Shown: positions 22,922 through 34,688 of the stretch, piece by piece
How positions within the stretch are numbered: the first letter of the stretch is position 1
Layout: the number at the start of each line of letters is the position of its first letter
Assembly: GCA_051294905.1 (NCBI GenBank)
Contig: CM119383.1
Span: forward strand, 7,998,001 to 8,062,000
DNA length: 64,000 nucleotides
Reading direction: 5' to 3'
From: Botryllus schlosseri
Lineage: Eukaryota
The notes under the pieces: model-generated
What the model was told of the DNA's origin: nothing
What the model saw: only the letters and a program-made list of their open reading frames with translations
Databases searched by the model: none
Translations under genes and position numbers: made by a program

Positions 22922-23382
22922 CTTTCACTGAATAGAAAATAAAATTAGATATACCAGATTCTAGGTAGGAGTAAAGAATGTAATATGCAGTGAATTTTTT
23001 GGGGTATTGGCAATGTTTTCTTGAAGTTCAAGCAAAAAAATATAATTTATGCATAGCTGATAAAATTATTAATTCTGATGCGTACGGTTCGACGTCAGTC
23101 ACACATGAATAATTGAAAAATATTTGTCGATAGCGTGTACTTGTAATGCATGCATGCTACTCACTGTCCAAATTAAGTGAGTCGGATTCTTATGATTTCT
23201 GTCACATCTCCAACCTATCGCCAGGCAGTTGAATCTGGAAAATTTGAAAAATACTCCTTCAATTACACAGGAAATAAATAAATAATCAACTCAGCGGACT
23301 GCCTGCAGGCCTACTTTCATGGGATATTTCGCTATGTCACCATTCATTTAAATTATCCTATTCACTTATAGACGTTATATTA

Positions 23383-24904
23383 CAGTGGTTCCCAACCTTT
23401 TTCATCTCGTCCCTCCCTTGGCCGAAATTTAAGCCAAAATTCCCCCCTTTGGATAAATCTGGCCGATGATTAAAAATGTCATTTTTTACCGCGGAAACAC
23501 TTGTTGACTGAGATAATAAGACGGGTGGTATCGAGTGTTTGTTTCTAGCAGTGCTGTAATAACACTTTGTAGACCTCCAAAAACAATGGTCCTGGTCCCA
23601 ATCAAACAACGTCTGGAAGACTTGACTCAACAGACCCCCACACTTCCATTTGTGTTTTTGGCGTACCATGCACCAATCAGTAATATAGGCTAACTGTTGT
23701 GAAAAATCAGTATGCATAAATTTACTGCTCTCGCGATTTTTTTCTCAAGTTTGCGTATGCATTTGGACAATAATTTTGGTACTTTCATATATAGGAGGGT
23801 TGACCAGACTCGAGTCACCATTTTCTAATGACTCTGCTTTACTCGAGTCATTTTCTCAAAATACGGAAACGACTCGACTCGACTCGAGACAATCTGGGTA
23901 TTGACTCGACCTGGACTCGAGTCATTGTGCATGACTCGAACCAAGCCATATGAATCGAGACTATAAGACGGCCAAGACCGACATTTGATTGTAATTTCGA
24001 AGAACAGTAAAGTGACCAACCTATTGGAATCTCGTCTGTTGATCCTGGTAATTCACAATGCGACATGAAACTGCTCAAAGTGAGGAAAATTAGTTTATCA
24101 TAAATCCAAATCATTCAATATCACCAAACAGTGTTGACTGGAGTGTGACTTGGACTCGGACTCGAGTCACAATACCATGACTTGGACTCGACCCTCTTCT
24201 CGGGGACTTGGACTCGGACTTGACTCAATGACGAATTGAAAATGACTCGACTTGACTCGAGTCAAAACTATGAAAGTGAGATTGACTTATGACTCGGAGC
24301 CTCGTGATTTGGTTACAGCCCTGATATATAACATACACGTGATCAGATTCCCTGCTGGAGCTCATTGGAATTTGGGACACCAATTACGTTTCGGCAACAT
24401 TGCACCAAGTTTAACATGTCTTTTTTCGATCGGGTTGTTCACTAAAAATAAAGCAAGGCTAGCCACCTCTTTGACTTGAATTGATGACGTGAGAATATTT
24501 TGTCACTGTCTGAAAATGTTTACTTGAAAATATAAGATAAATACTTTCACTAGAGGCCTTGTTGTGATAGATTCGGCACGACATTTCCTCGCTTAGGGTA
24601 TATTTGATTGAGACGCCGTCGCTGGCCTACAAAATTGTCTTGCAAACTGCAGCACATCTGAACTAGTTTTAAAAAAGGGGGTAATTTGTATGTGAAAAAG
24701 AGATTTCAAATAGCATTTGAACATACTTTCAGCAAACAAAAAAACAGTCATAAGGAGCATACGTTCGAATATAACTGGTTGTCTACATGACAGTTCGGAC
24801 ATGAACAATTTGGGAAATCAGTTACAATTCTAAAGTGGAATTCCTCCCTAAATATTGCAAAATTCCCCCCAAGGGGGGAATTCCTCCCCGGTTGGGAACC
24901 ACTG
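23383..24904. mobile_element. hAT-Charlie-like non-autonomous element hosting a nested MITE
   Basis: 15-bp TIRs CAGTGGTTCCCAACC / GGTTGGGAACCACTG and a perfect TSD TTATATTA. Confidence 0.9.
23795..24323 (+). mobile_element. GACTCGAGTC-rich hAT MITE (family A), nested
   Basis: (c/g)agggttg...ttacagccctg termini, many gactcgagtc repeats, and a TSD ATATATA(G/A) matching 7/8. Confidence 0.85.
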
Positions 24905-25069
24905 TTATATTATGTCAAAGCAATTTATGTACTCAGATAATGTAACATGTAGTGCATATGAAGAGCTGCAGTAAGTTCTGTTTATTAATTTTAGCGACAA
25001 ATAACAATTTAAATAGTTTATTTGAATAAATCGTCACTTAAGTAGTTTTCGCATGCTATTTACCTAGAT

Positions 25070-25261
25070 CAGTGGTCTCCAAAGGGGGCGGTATCACCCC
25101 CTGGGGAAAATTCGGAGATAGAAGGGGACGAAAATAATGAATGGGTCGATTGTGGGGTGAAAATGTTAGAACGTTCATTCAAGTTTATTGATAGAAAAGC
25201 GACTCAATGCTTGACTTATTCCAGCACGAGGAAAAGGGAAAAGGAAGGTTGGGAACTACTG
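25070..25261. mobile_element. hAT-Charlie-like MITE, 192 bp
   Basis: CAGTGGTCTCCAA...TTGGGAACTACTG termini and a perfect TSD ACCTAGAT with a CTAG core. Confidence 0.85.
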
Positions 25262-25542
25262 ACCTAGATCTTCATCTTAGTGCGCAATATGCTAATGATT
25301 TATACAGGTAGGGCTATCACAGAAACGATGACACAAATTCGTCAATTCTGTTTGGTGTTGGAACAGCAATAATTTCTAGCGATTGCTTCAATTACTCAAA
25401 TACCGCAACTGATCAATAGGGAACAACAACATTATTTGTATTGTATCCTTCATTCAGCAAGTGCAACCGAGGCGCAGAGTCGCTCACTCAGTAGTTGTCG
25501 ATTAGCCTTCATTGTCGCTAACTTACTCTTAGAATTGATCAC

Positions 25543-26010
25543 TAGGGCTGGGCAAAATCGAGTTCCTGAGTGATTCGATTCTGAATCACGTAATATGCTT
25601 CGAGTCGAGTAATCGAGTACCATTCATTATGACATCTTAGCAGAATGTAATATGTCAAAGTTCAAATATGTACCTTTTATGCAACCACAAAGAATATAAT
25701 GCCTATTATCCATTACATTAAAGATACTTTGGTATTTTTTCGACCATACCGATTTCATTGCACCTGGATATGAGGACTTCGGAAATGTGTTATTTCCAGA
25801 AACGTTTGTATAGCTTTGTACTATATGTTTCGTATGCTACGATAAGGCCAATCAAGGTTTCAAGGCTTCAACAGTGAAAATTAGTATCAAAACTATAATT
25901 CTCGTTGATAAATTAAATTTCAGTGGCGAGGAGCGTCTAATTTCAGTACTCGAAAAAAATCGTGTTTTACTACCCTGTCTACACGACTCGAATCATTATG
26001 CCCAGCCCTA
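25543..26010 (+). mobile_element. hAT MITE (family B; second copy at 62813..63382)
   Basis: TAGGGCTGGGCA...TGCCCAGCCCTA TIRs, TSD matching 6/8, and internal sequence shared with 62813..63382. Confidence 0.85.
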
Positions 26011-26743
26011 CTGATCATCCATAATCCAGAGCACAAACTCAAAATCAATTATCAAAAGAATGTATAAATCACCTATAATATTTTTATCATTGCCATCATA
26101 AGGTCTGTCTCTATATCCCCCCCCCCCCCCATGGCCATACCATTGACATGATTTGGTAAATTCAAGAAAACAAATAAATTGACTCCAATAAAACGCAAAG
26201 GATGTTACAGCAATTCATAATAAATGCCTATGATGATTATGATTAATCACAGGCACTGACATTTAGTCTAAATAAGTTTTTATATATAGTATACCATTGA
26301 AAGAAAATAAATTAAATTCATGTACAACGAACGCATGATCGAAAGGAATGTTTACAATCTATGCATTGCATATATACTCTATCCTCTATGAATAAAACTC
26401 CCAATGACACAGTTTACATCTGTTAATTGTATGGCAATCTTGTTAAGTTTTGAAGGGACAATTTTTTAACAGTAAACTGGATGCATTTGATATTGATACA
26501 AATTGAAGACGACAATTGCATGTTCAATGGTTGCAATGCAACACATTAAATACTTACATGCCTCAGCCTATGATGATAAATATAAGCCCACGGCAAATTA
26601 CATACCTATCAGTTATAAGTTGATGGCGAGTATCCGTACATAACTGTGGTGGTGTGGCTCTGACGCGCCGTATCCGCTCTCCTCTCCACCGTACCGACTG
26701 TACGAAGATCGATAAACAACAACACAACACGGCACCACGCAAC

Positions 26744-26996
26744 AGGGGTTAAACCCGCTCAGAGGCCAAACGCCAGACGCCAAACGCCGCGCGGCGGCCG
26801 AATGTCTATTCGGCGTTTGGCGTCTGGTTTTCTGAGACGCCGAGTAGCTATACGGCGTTTGGCGTCTGTTATGTTCAGACGCCGAGTAGCTATACGGCGT
26901 TTGGTGTCTGTTCAGACGCCGAGTAGCTATATACGGCGTTTGGTGTCTGTTCAGACGCCGAGTAGCTATACGGCGTTCGGCATCTGGTATGTTGAG
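26744..26996 (+). repeat. Hairpin-unit tandem array (ACGCCG-agtagctata-CGGCGT) x4, unclassified repeat element
   Basis: It starts aggggttaaacccgctcagaggccaaacgcc. Units are separated by short variable linkers. An inverted copy lies at 30234..30528. Confidence 0.85.
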
Positions 26997-27899
26997 GATA
27001 GGGTTTGATTTGAAGGTTGAGGCTTGAACAGGAGTTTTCTGCAGCTAAATCTAAGCAAAGCATGTCATATCATGATTTGATGGTTGTTTCGTGTGTACCT
27101 GTACAGGTACACTAACTGTACCGTACACGCTACTAAGTGACGACATCGTGTGTGCTTGGGTGCTGGGTCGACACTGAAGATCTGGCTGCTTGAGAACATA
27201 CACTTTTCGTATTAGACAGATCGTCAGTCACGTTACTACAGATACTGCATGATTTGTTGCTGGGAACTTAACTACCGCAAGAAGATTACAGTATGTGACG
27301 TGTAGTAACAAGATATTTTATTGTTTTCTAGTAGGCCTATAGTTAGTTAGTGATTGATTCTAGACTAGACTGAAACAGCTGCAAAATCCATTGTATCTCC
27401 ACTTCACGTATGCTGTGGTAAATCAACAGTTCGCGTCACTGAGATTGTATTCAAGACACACCTAAAATTTCGTTTCCGTATTACTCCGCAAAATTCTACA
27501 CAAGTATACTCCAAATGATCTTCGGTTGTGAGAAGATCAAGGTTAAAGACCAGGATTGATGTTCAAAAAGATGGATGAAATTGTGGAGTACTTGCTTTGA
27601 AGGTTTGTGGTGCGTTCACGTATTGGGATTTGAGAAAATTGATTTACAATCTACTTTCACGTAATAGGCCGCCGAACTCTACCCGATGCAAACCTGGATT
27701 TCGATCATTCTCGACGAGCTTGCGAAAGCGACCGCCAGCAGTTTGGTCAAATCTTGCTTGATGTGACGGGTATGTTAGTCAATGTTGGATTAAAACCATT
27801 TTAAGTACGTAGTATGTTTTGCATGCAGATGAATAAGAATTGGGAGATTATTGCATTGAATGCAGTGGTCCAAACCCAATAAAAAAAACATGAAATGGG

Positions 27900-29019
27900 T
27901 AGGGGAGATGTGGTACCGATGAGACAATGGGACCGAAAATACTTTAAAAATTATCTGAGATAATCCTATGATTACAGTACGCGAATTTGTCTGCACATGC
28001 ATGCTGGCAGAATCTTTCACACTAACAAACCAACCATTATTTTTAATGTGAAGTGTAGGGCTTGTATCAGGGTATATAATGCCACATCTTTTTTAATTCA
28101 GTACCATCTTCGAGTTGACTATTTTCAATTCAATTACAATATTTATAGGGTGGGGTCCTATGGTACCATAACCAAATCAAGCAAAATGTTTGAATCAACT
28201 AATCACTTAACAACAGAAGCACGCCTACACATATAGAGGCTGCAAATCATAGTTTCCTGTGGTTCTTTATCGCTATAACGAGGTAATTGAAAGTTAAATT
28301 GTCGATTTACGGGTAATATGTATGTGCCAATAATTTTGTTGTTTTGGGCGTAAATCGAAACGTGATTTTACTCCAACATCTGAGTTGATATAATCAAATA
28401 ATCTATTTTATTCTTGAAGGTGGTCCCAGGTCCCATGGTTGTGTCACTCGTGTGCCTTTGGACCTACCGAGTGGGGACCAATGATGCGTTCGAGCAACAA
28501 GTTTTGAACGGTCATGAATATTTTTTGAGTCAAGTCCGAGTCCAAGTCATCGAGCAGAGGTTCGAGTCTGAGTCATGGTGTTATGACTCGAGTCCAAGTC
28601 ATTGTGTTGACTGCTCACTTTCCAGTTAAGGTCATGTTAAACCCACTTTTATAACTCTATTTGGTGATATCGAATGGTTCGCATTTATATTATACTAATT
28701 TTCCTCACATTTAGCCGTTTCTGGTCGCATTTTCAAATACCAGTACTAATATACAAAATCCCAATAAGGTGGTTACTTTACTATTCTTCGAAATTACAAT
28801 GAAATGGCGGTCTTTGCCGTCTGAGTCTCGAGTCATATGACTTGGTTCGAGTCATGAGCAATGACTCGAGTCCAAGTCGAGTCAATACACAGATTGACTC
28901 GAGTCGAGTCGAGTCATTTCCGTATTTTAGGAAAATGACTCGAGTCAAGTCGAGTCATCAAAACATCGTCATGACTCGAGTCATTACAACCCTGATCCAT
29001 CGGTACCACATCTTTCCTA
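27900..29019. mobile_element. Non-autonomous TIR element with TA ends (Tc1/mariner-pogo-like) containing a family-A MITE
   Basis: taggggagatgtggtaccgatg (27900..27921) matches the reverse complement of catcggtaccacatctttccta (28998..29019) at 20/22. Confidence 0.7.
28520..28994 (-). mobile_element. Family-A GACTCGAGTC MITE, reverse orientation, one end truncated
   Basis: It ends gactcgagtcattacaaccctg, and the internal sequence is the reverse complement of 41037..41560. Confidence 0.8.
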
Positions 29020-29202
29020 TGCAATTACGAGATTACATTTGTCAGGTATATTGATTCTAACTTGTTTCCAGGATGCGTGTGACGGCTGTGGTCGATGGAC
29101 GCACGAGCACTGTTGCCCGGGACAGCAGATACCTGATCCTGATTTTTATTGCATGCTATGTACCCAGATGTAAATTCTGATGTTTATATATTTATTGGGG
29201 AC

Positions 29203-29478
29203 ATTTTACTGTGGTTTCGTTGCGTATTTAATAATGACTTTTACTGTGGTATCGTTGCTTGTTTCATAATGATTTTTACTGTGGTTTGATTGCTTATATC
29301 TCTGTCACTTTTACTGTGGTACCACTGCTGGTTTCTCAATGTTTGCTGTGGTTCCATTGCTTATTTCTTTGTGACTTTTTCTGTGGTTTCGTTGCTTGTT
29401 TCTAAATGACTTTTACTGTGGTTTTGTTGCTTGTTTCTTGATAATTTTCACTGTGGTATTCGTTGCATATTTCTTATT
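29203..29478. repeat. Degenerate ~35-bp minisatellite (ttttactgtggtttcgttgcttgtttc...), about 8 copies
   Basis: The actgtggt core recurs at ~35-bp period. Confidence 0.85.
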
Positions 29479-29544
29479 CTGGTTTCATTACATACTGTAT
29501 CTACACAGACTTGGGTCTGAAATTCATTGCGAGTGTACAAATAA

Positions 29545-30060
29545 TGGGTTGGGTTCAAGTCACTACCTTCGAGTCACGAGTCATTGCACATTTTGACTCA
29601 CTCGAGTCATGTCATTTTAGCAAAGTGACTTGAGTCGAGTCATACGAAAAAGGTGACTTGAGTCAAGTCATGACTCGAGTCATCCCAACACTGATATGGG
29701 GTGGTGACAGGGTTGTAACCAAGTCAATTTGACTCGAGTCATTTTCAATTCACCACCGAGTCAATTCTGAGAGCACTGGGTTGAGTCCAAGTCATGGTGT
29801 TTAATGTTCCCCCATCCAGGTCAGCTTTAGGTCACTTCTGTGGAACTCTCGGGGGTGATATCGAAGGCCTCGCATAATTCATATGTTCATTTTTTCCCAC
29901 TCTGAACATGTTTATTGTAACAGATAAAAGGCAGGTTTAGGGCCTATTTTTCATTTATCAGTCCTGATATACTATTCTTGAATAAGCCATAGAATGAGTA
30001 AATCCATTTTAAAGAAAATAACTCAGCTCAGAAAAAAAATTGTGAGTCGAGTTAGTAGTA
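29545..30060 (-). mobile_element. Two adjacent GACTCGAGTC-type MITE remnants (one ending catcccaacactg at 29693; one starting cagggttgtaacc at 29708)
   Basis: TIR ends and gactcgagtc repeats are present; the opposite ends are decayed. Confidence 0.65.
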
Positions 30061-30233
30061 TAACGACAGGTGATCAAGTAGGTCTTTTTTGAATCTGAGC
30101 ATACAATCATTTGGGATTCTGCCAACGCTTATTATGAAAAAAATGTAACAATATGCAATCTTCGGTATCATATAGTTGCGAGAACTCAATAGTCGCGCCA
30201 TGAAAGGATTTAGCTTAGCCTCTGCTCAGTTTA

Positions 30234-30528
30234 CCGAGACACCAAACGCCGTATAGCTACTCGGCGTCTCAACATACCAGACGCCGAACGCCGTATAGCT
30301 ACTCGGCGTCTCTCCATATCAGACGCCAAACGCCGTATAGCTACTCGGCGTCTGAACAAAACAGACGCCAAACGCCGTATAGCTACTCGGCGTCTGAACA
30401 TATCAGACGCCAAACGCCGTATAGCTACTTGGCGTCTCGGAAAACCAGACGCCAAACGCCGTATAGACATTCGGCCGCCGCTCGGCGTTTGGCGTCTGGC
30501 GTTTGGCCTCTGAGCGGGTTTAACCCCT
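30234..30528 (-). repeat. Inverted copy of the hairpin-unit array, 5 units
   Basis: It is the reverse complement of 26744..26996 and ends ggcctctgagcgggtttaacccct. Confidence 0.85.
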
Positions 30529-30899
30529 ACTCGCACCACGACCACGTTCACATTATAGTTTACATCGTAAATCGAGCGGTTCTACACAACATTTGATGAA
30601 AGTTCTCGCGAACAGGAGGTTGATGTGATAAAATATTATTTCAAATATTAGTTTTAACTGGAGTATGACGCTATTCTATCAAATTTTACGAATATTCCAT
30701 GATTTTCCTTGTGCAAAGTAACAAACAGATGATTGCGATTTGACATATGCGCGCCATGGAATTTAAAGCAGCTTCTGATTGCAACATTAATTACTTGCTT
30801 CGATAACTCCATTGTCCTCTTCTGCAAATGCAAAGTGTGTTGTTCGCCTGCAATCTGCAACCTACCGATTCCTCGACTGGAGAACTGACAACTTTCTAA

Positions 30900-32246
30900 A
30901 TGGAATCTGCAAATGACTGGATGGACTGGTTTATTCAGGTCAACAACCCTACCATTGGCGAAATGTGGAATGACAACCCGACCTACCTGGTCGCCAACAT
31001 CCTCTTCATAACGATGGCATGTCTTTCGTTGTTGTTTGGTCTACGTCGGGGAATAGGCAGCCGATATGTATACTTATGGATCGCTGCCGTGTTGCATGGC
31101 GTGGTCACGGAAATGGTCTCGTACAATTTACCGGATATCAACAATTTCTGGCATTCTCAAACGTTTATGATGTTTGCAGGAAGAAGGTTCCCACTGTATA
31201 TTGTCATATTCTACCCGGCTACTGTTGTTCACGCGTACGTTGCCGCGAGTAGATTGCGTTTGCCCTGGTGGGCTGAACCGTTTGCTGTCGGACTTTTTGA
31301 TGTTCTGATTGACTTTCCATACGATATTTTGGGTATAAAGATGGTGTGGTGGACATGGCACGACACTGATCCAAATATTTATGATCGCACTTACTGGGTG
31401 CCTTGGACTAGCTACATTTTTCATATGGCTTTTCATAGCTCGTTGGCGTTTTTAATCAACGGCACTAGACGCGTCATCACTGGAAATTCCGATAAAGACA
31501 AATCTTATGGTTTTTTCAAAGAGATGCTATGTGTGTTGATAACTTCCGGGCTTTCAATGGGTTTAGCGGTTCTGACGCAATTCATACCTATTTATCATGG
31601 GTTGAAAGATGGGTTTGGCATTCATAGTGAGATTATCGTACTGATCGTTATAGGTCTGTACGTTTCTATTGTGTGGTATGCCGACAGAATGCCTAAGGAA
31701 GAATCACGTTCTCAAATTGAGTCTAAAGGCACAGGCTGGTGTAACGAAACTGGAATCGCAATTTTACTGCATTATATCACGTTCATGGTATTGGTGTATG
31801 TTGCTAAACCAAACAACGTTATTTCAAACGGTTTACACGAGCCGTTAGGTCTTAAGCACCAAACCATGGAACAGTATTCGGCAGCTGGAGTAACATATAC
31901 AAAGCAACGTTACTTTGACCCATCCTCGTATGATGAAGGGTACATTGATTTTCATTGCGATCCAGCAGGCACTCCAAATGTGACTTCGAATCCTAATTTG
32001 ATAGGAAAAAATTGGTATACCATATGTGGAACGCCGTTTGATAATCATTACGAGTATATTGTGATTATATGGTCCTTTTGTGTTCTTGGATTGTATGCAT
32101 ATTATGTAGCTTTGTCAAGATCTTCAACTCAAGCTGATGTTGATAGACCCGTTGGGTACAAGAAACTTCGCGGCTTGAAGGATGGGGATGGCAAACCTTC
32201 TTTTGGTAAAGTAAAAGGAAAGAAGCTGAAAAATAAGAAAGAATGA
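30900..32246 (+). CDS. Uncharacterised multi-pass membrane protein (~9 TM), intronless, 448 aa
   Basis: Long ORF with about nine hydrophobic segments, a W/H/D-rich loop (DFPYDILGIKMVWWTWHDTDPNIYDR...WVPW) and a Lys-rich C-terminus ending KNKKE. Confidence 0.8.
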   Translation: MESANDWMDWFIQVNNPTIGEMWNDNPTYLVANILFITMACLSLLFGLRRGIGSRYVYLWIAAVLHGVVTEMVSYNLPDINNFWHSQTFMMFAGRRFPLYIVIFYPATVVHAYVAASRLRLPWWAEPFAVGLFDVLIDFPYDILGIKMVWWTWHDTDPNIYDRTYWVPWTSYIFHMAFHSSLAFLINGTRRVITGNSDKDKSYGFFKEMLCVLITSGLSMGLAVLTQFIPIYHGLKDGFGIHSEIIVLIVIGLYVSIVWYADRMPKEESRSQIESKGTGWCNETGIAILLHYITFMVLVYVAKPNNVISNGLHEPLGLKHQTMEQYSAAGVTYTKQRYFDPSSYDEGYIDFHCDPAGTPNVTSNPNLIGKNWYTICGTPFDNHYEYIVIIWSFCVLGLYAYYVALSRSSTQADVDRPVGYKKLRGLKDGDGKPSFGKVKGKKLKNKKE

Positions 32247-32857
32247 ACTTCTGCAGATCTAGAGATTACAATTTTACTGATCATAGATTATTGTAGGCCT
32301 AGGTTACATATGACCATGTTTTAATCGTCATGGATATCATTATACTGAGTATTTTTTTCTCTTCAAATTTTACAAGAGTGCTTGATAACATTTTTGGTTG
32401 GCTTAAAAAATGCTTCACACAAGTTTCATGTTCGTGATGTCATATTTGGTGGTACGATTGTTGATATGCAACGTTCTGTCGCATTCTCTACTAGATGTTG
32501 AAGATCAGCCGAAAATATTCGGGTGTATTTCAATATGAATATAATATTCCATTTTGGATTTGACAAAGATCGTAGGCCTATTTATGATTGGAAATAATAG
32601 AATTACCCGCTGTAAATACTTTTTTTTCGAATCCAACATGTATATTTTTTATAATAAATCTAAAATTCTCTACTGCTGTAGCTACGTTTCTATAGGTGGG
32701 AATTCAGCGAGGTAAATTTGATGTGCTGCGTCTTTTTAGCCAACCTAAAAATTTCAGCAACTAGCTAGTAAACTTTGAAAAATAATTAAATTGTTGAGTC
32801 TTTCGTTCCAGCGGTCTCTCACTTCTGCTAATTAAAATCATTGTCTATGACTTGAGC

Positions 32858-34218
32858 ATGGAGTCTACCGACGAAAAGAAAACTCACAAAAGAAAAAGCC
32901 TCCGAGACAGCGTCCTGCGACAACCAGGAAATAGAGTGCCTTCATCTGAGGGACAATTGCAAAACTTCACAAACGAAAATGAAGATTCCGTAACAATACC
33001 GAGAAGAGACTTTTTTGGCGGAATGCGCGATTTTTTAGGCGATCGAAAAAACAGAGATACGTTTCCCAATTTTGGATTCGGCGCTTTCCACGATATGGAA
33101 CGTATGGAAGAGCATTTCAGTCAGATGGCAAGTGTAAATGCACAATAGTTATGTTCGCTGAAGCTATATTCTTACTGTAATGTTGCAGATGGACAGATTT
33201 TTTTCGGATTTTCAACCTGAATCTTTTGCGGACAGCCAATATTATCACGAAGATAGAGGTAAATTTTTGTAGCGCATGCTATCATTTCCTTTCAATTACT
33301 CGTCTATAGTAACGTGAAGTCGTAAGGAAATTACTGGCTCCCTTGGAATTTTGCAGCCCTCTCCGCAATGCATTTCTCATTCAGTCTTGATGTTGATGTC
33401 ATTACCGTTTTATCATCATGAGCACAATGGTTACTGCTAGAGGACCAATTGGTGCAACTAAAAATAGTTAGTGTTAATCGCTATTTGCTACCATTATTCC
33501 TTTTGCCTACACAGTATATGTCCTTTAACTGTAAAAGTGTGAATCTTTTCTGAAAAAATTTAATGTTTGTTACAGACTTGGACGAAGATATCAGGAGAAA
33601 AGGTCTTGACCAGGCGCTGGATTCGATACCGCAACGTCGCAGTGCCGACCGGTTTTTCAGTGGATTTTCGTATTCCGAGTCCACCGTAACTAGACCCGAC
33701 GGGGTGAGTCACTACTGCTTTCCACGAGCGCTGGGATCAAGTCACTAACTTGTACTCAAATGTCAAAGGGTACAGCACCTACAGTGACTATTTTGACCAC
33801 CTGTCAATTTGAGTCACTGACATTTTACAAGTGACCCGAGTAGTTTTCCCGAATTGGAGTTGAATAATATTAGTTTAATATATTGTGCAGATGCAGACTA
33901 TGCTGGCTAGAGGACTTGGTTCCGTCGATCTCAAACTGCCTGTACTGCTTTAGACCATCGAGAAAAGGGTTACGCAGCAAGGCCCAGACGGGAAGGAATG
34001 CCAGACCATCACAATCATTCATCCCGACGGGACGAGGGAGACGCTTGCCGACGAATGCGATTCTCAACTTTCCATACCTCAGCCAGGTATGGTATTAGCA
34101 AGCGCTTCAATGCGGAAAATATCTTAACCTCTTTCTCTTCGCAGATTACAATTTCCGAGACGATGGGACAGACGGCCTTTTTCATTCAATTTTTGATAAT
34201 ATAAAGAGATTTTTCTGA
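32858..34218 (+). CDS. HAX1: HAX1-like (HCLS1-associated protein X-1) gene, 5 exons (32858..~33132, 33189..33258, 33576..33703, 33954..34086, 34145..34218)
   Basis: Exons 2-5 join with consistent phases (1,0,1); the exon 1 donor is ambiguous. Motifs RKSLRDSVL, DLDEDI and SESTVTRPDG/TIEKRVT...PDG resemble HAX1 (LRDSML, DLDSQV, ITKPDGIVEERRTV). Confidence 0.7.
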
Positions 34219-34688
34219 TATTGCGCACAACTTCAACTCCACAAAAATATATACAGATTGTTAAACGAACTGATTTATTAAGTGAATGGGTGGCACAAAT
34301 TATGGCGACCCGGCAGCAGCAGTCGTGTAGCTTAAAAGCAGTCAAATCTAATCCCAAGCCGTTCCCAATTTGGCAGCTCATCTGGCAACAACTGTTTGCG
34401 TGGGATCCCCATATCGTTCAGTACAAGCAGTTAAACGTCAATATCACCAGACATAAAGAGTAAGAAAGTATATGTGACATAAAATACCAATGTAATAACG
34501 TACAGCGTAGAATAAGACCCGACACCCAAAGAGACAGGGCAAAGAAAGACCAGACACTAGAAGATACCGGTGTCGGCGAAGATAAATACACGAATCAAGC
34601 TTTGGACCTCACTGTCGTTTTCGATAAGCACTGGCACACGAGAAATGAAAGAAGCGATGAGGCTAAGGCGCTTTCGCGGAATCAAATT

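Larger units (their letters stand above)
27537..29173 (+). pseudogene. Decayed transposon-type Ulp1 (C48 peptidase)-PHD coding relic
   Basis: 27561..27602 reads VQKDG*NCGVLALK (Ulp1 QxDGxxCG motif with an in-frame stop). 27668..27769 reads LDFDHSRRACESDRQQFGQILLDV. The spliced-looking exon 29072..29173 reads DACDGCGRWTHEHCC...FYCMLC (PHD C-terminal half). Confidence 0.5.

Noticed and set aside
26744-30528. CRISPR-like appearance of palindromic repeats with variable linkers
   Set aside because: The linkers are only ~3-10 nt and related to each other, there are no cas genes, and the context is eukaryotic.
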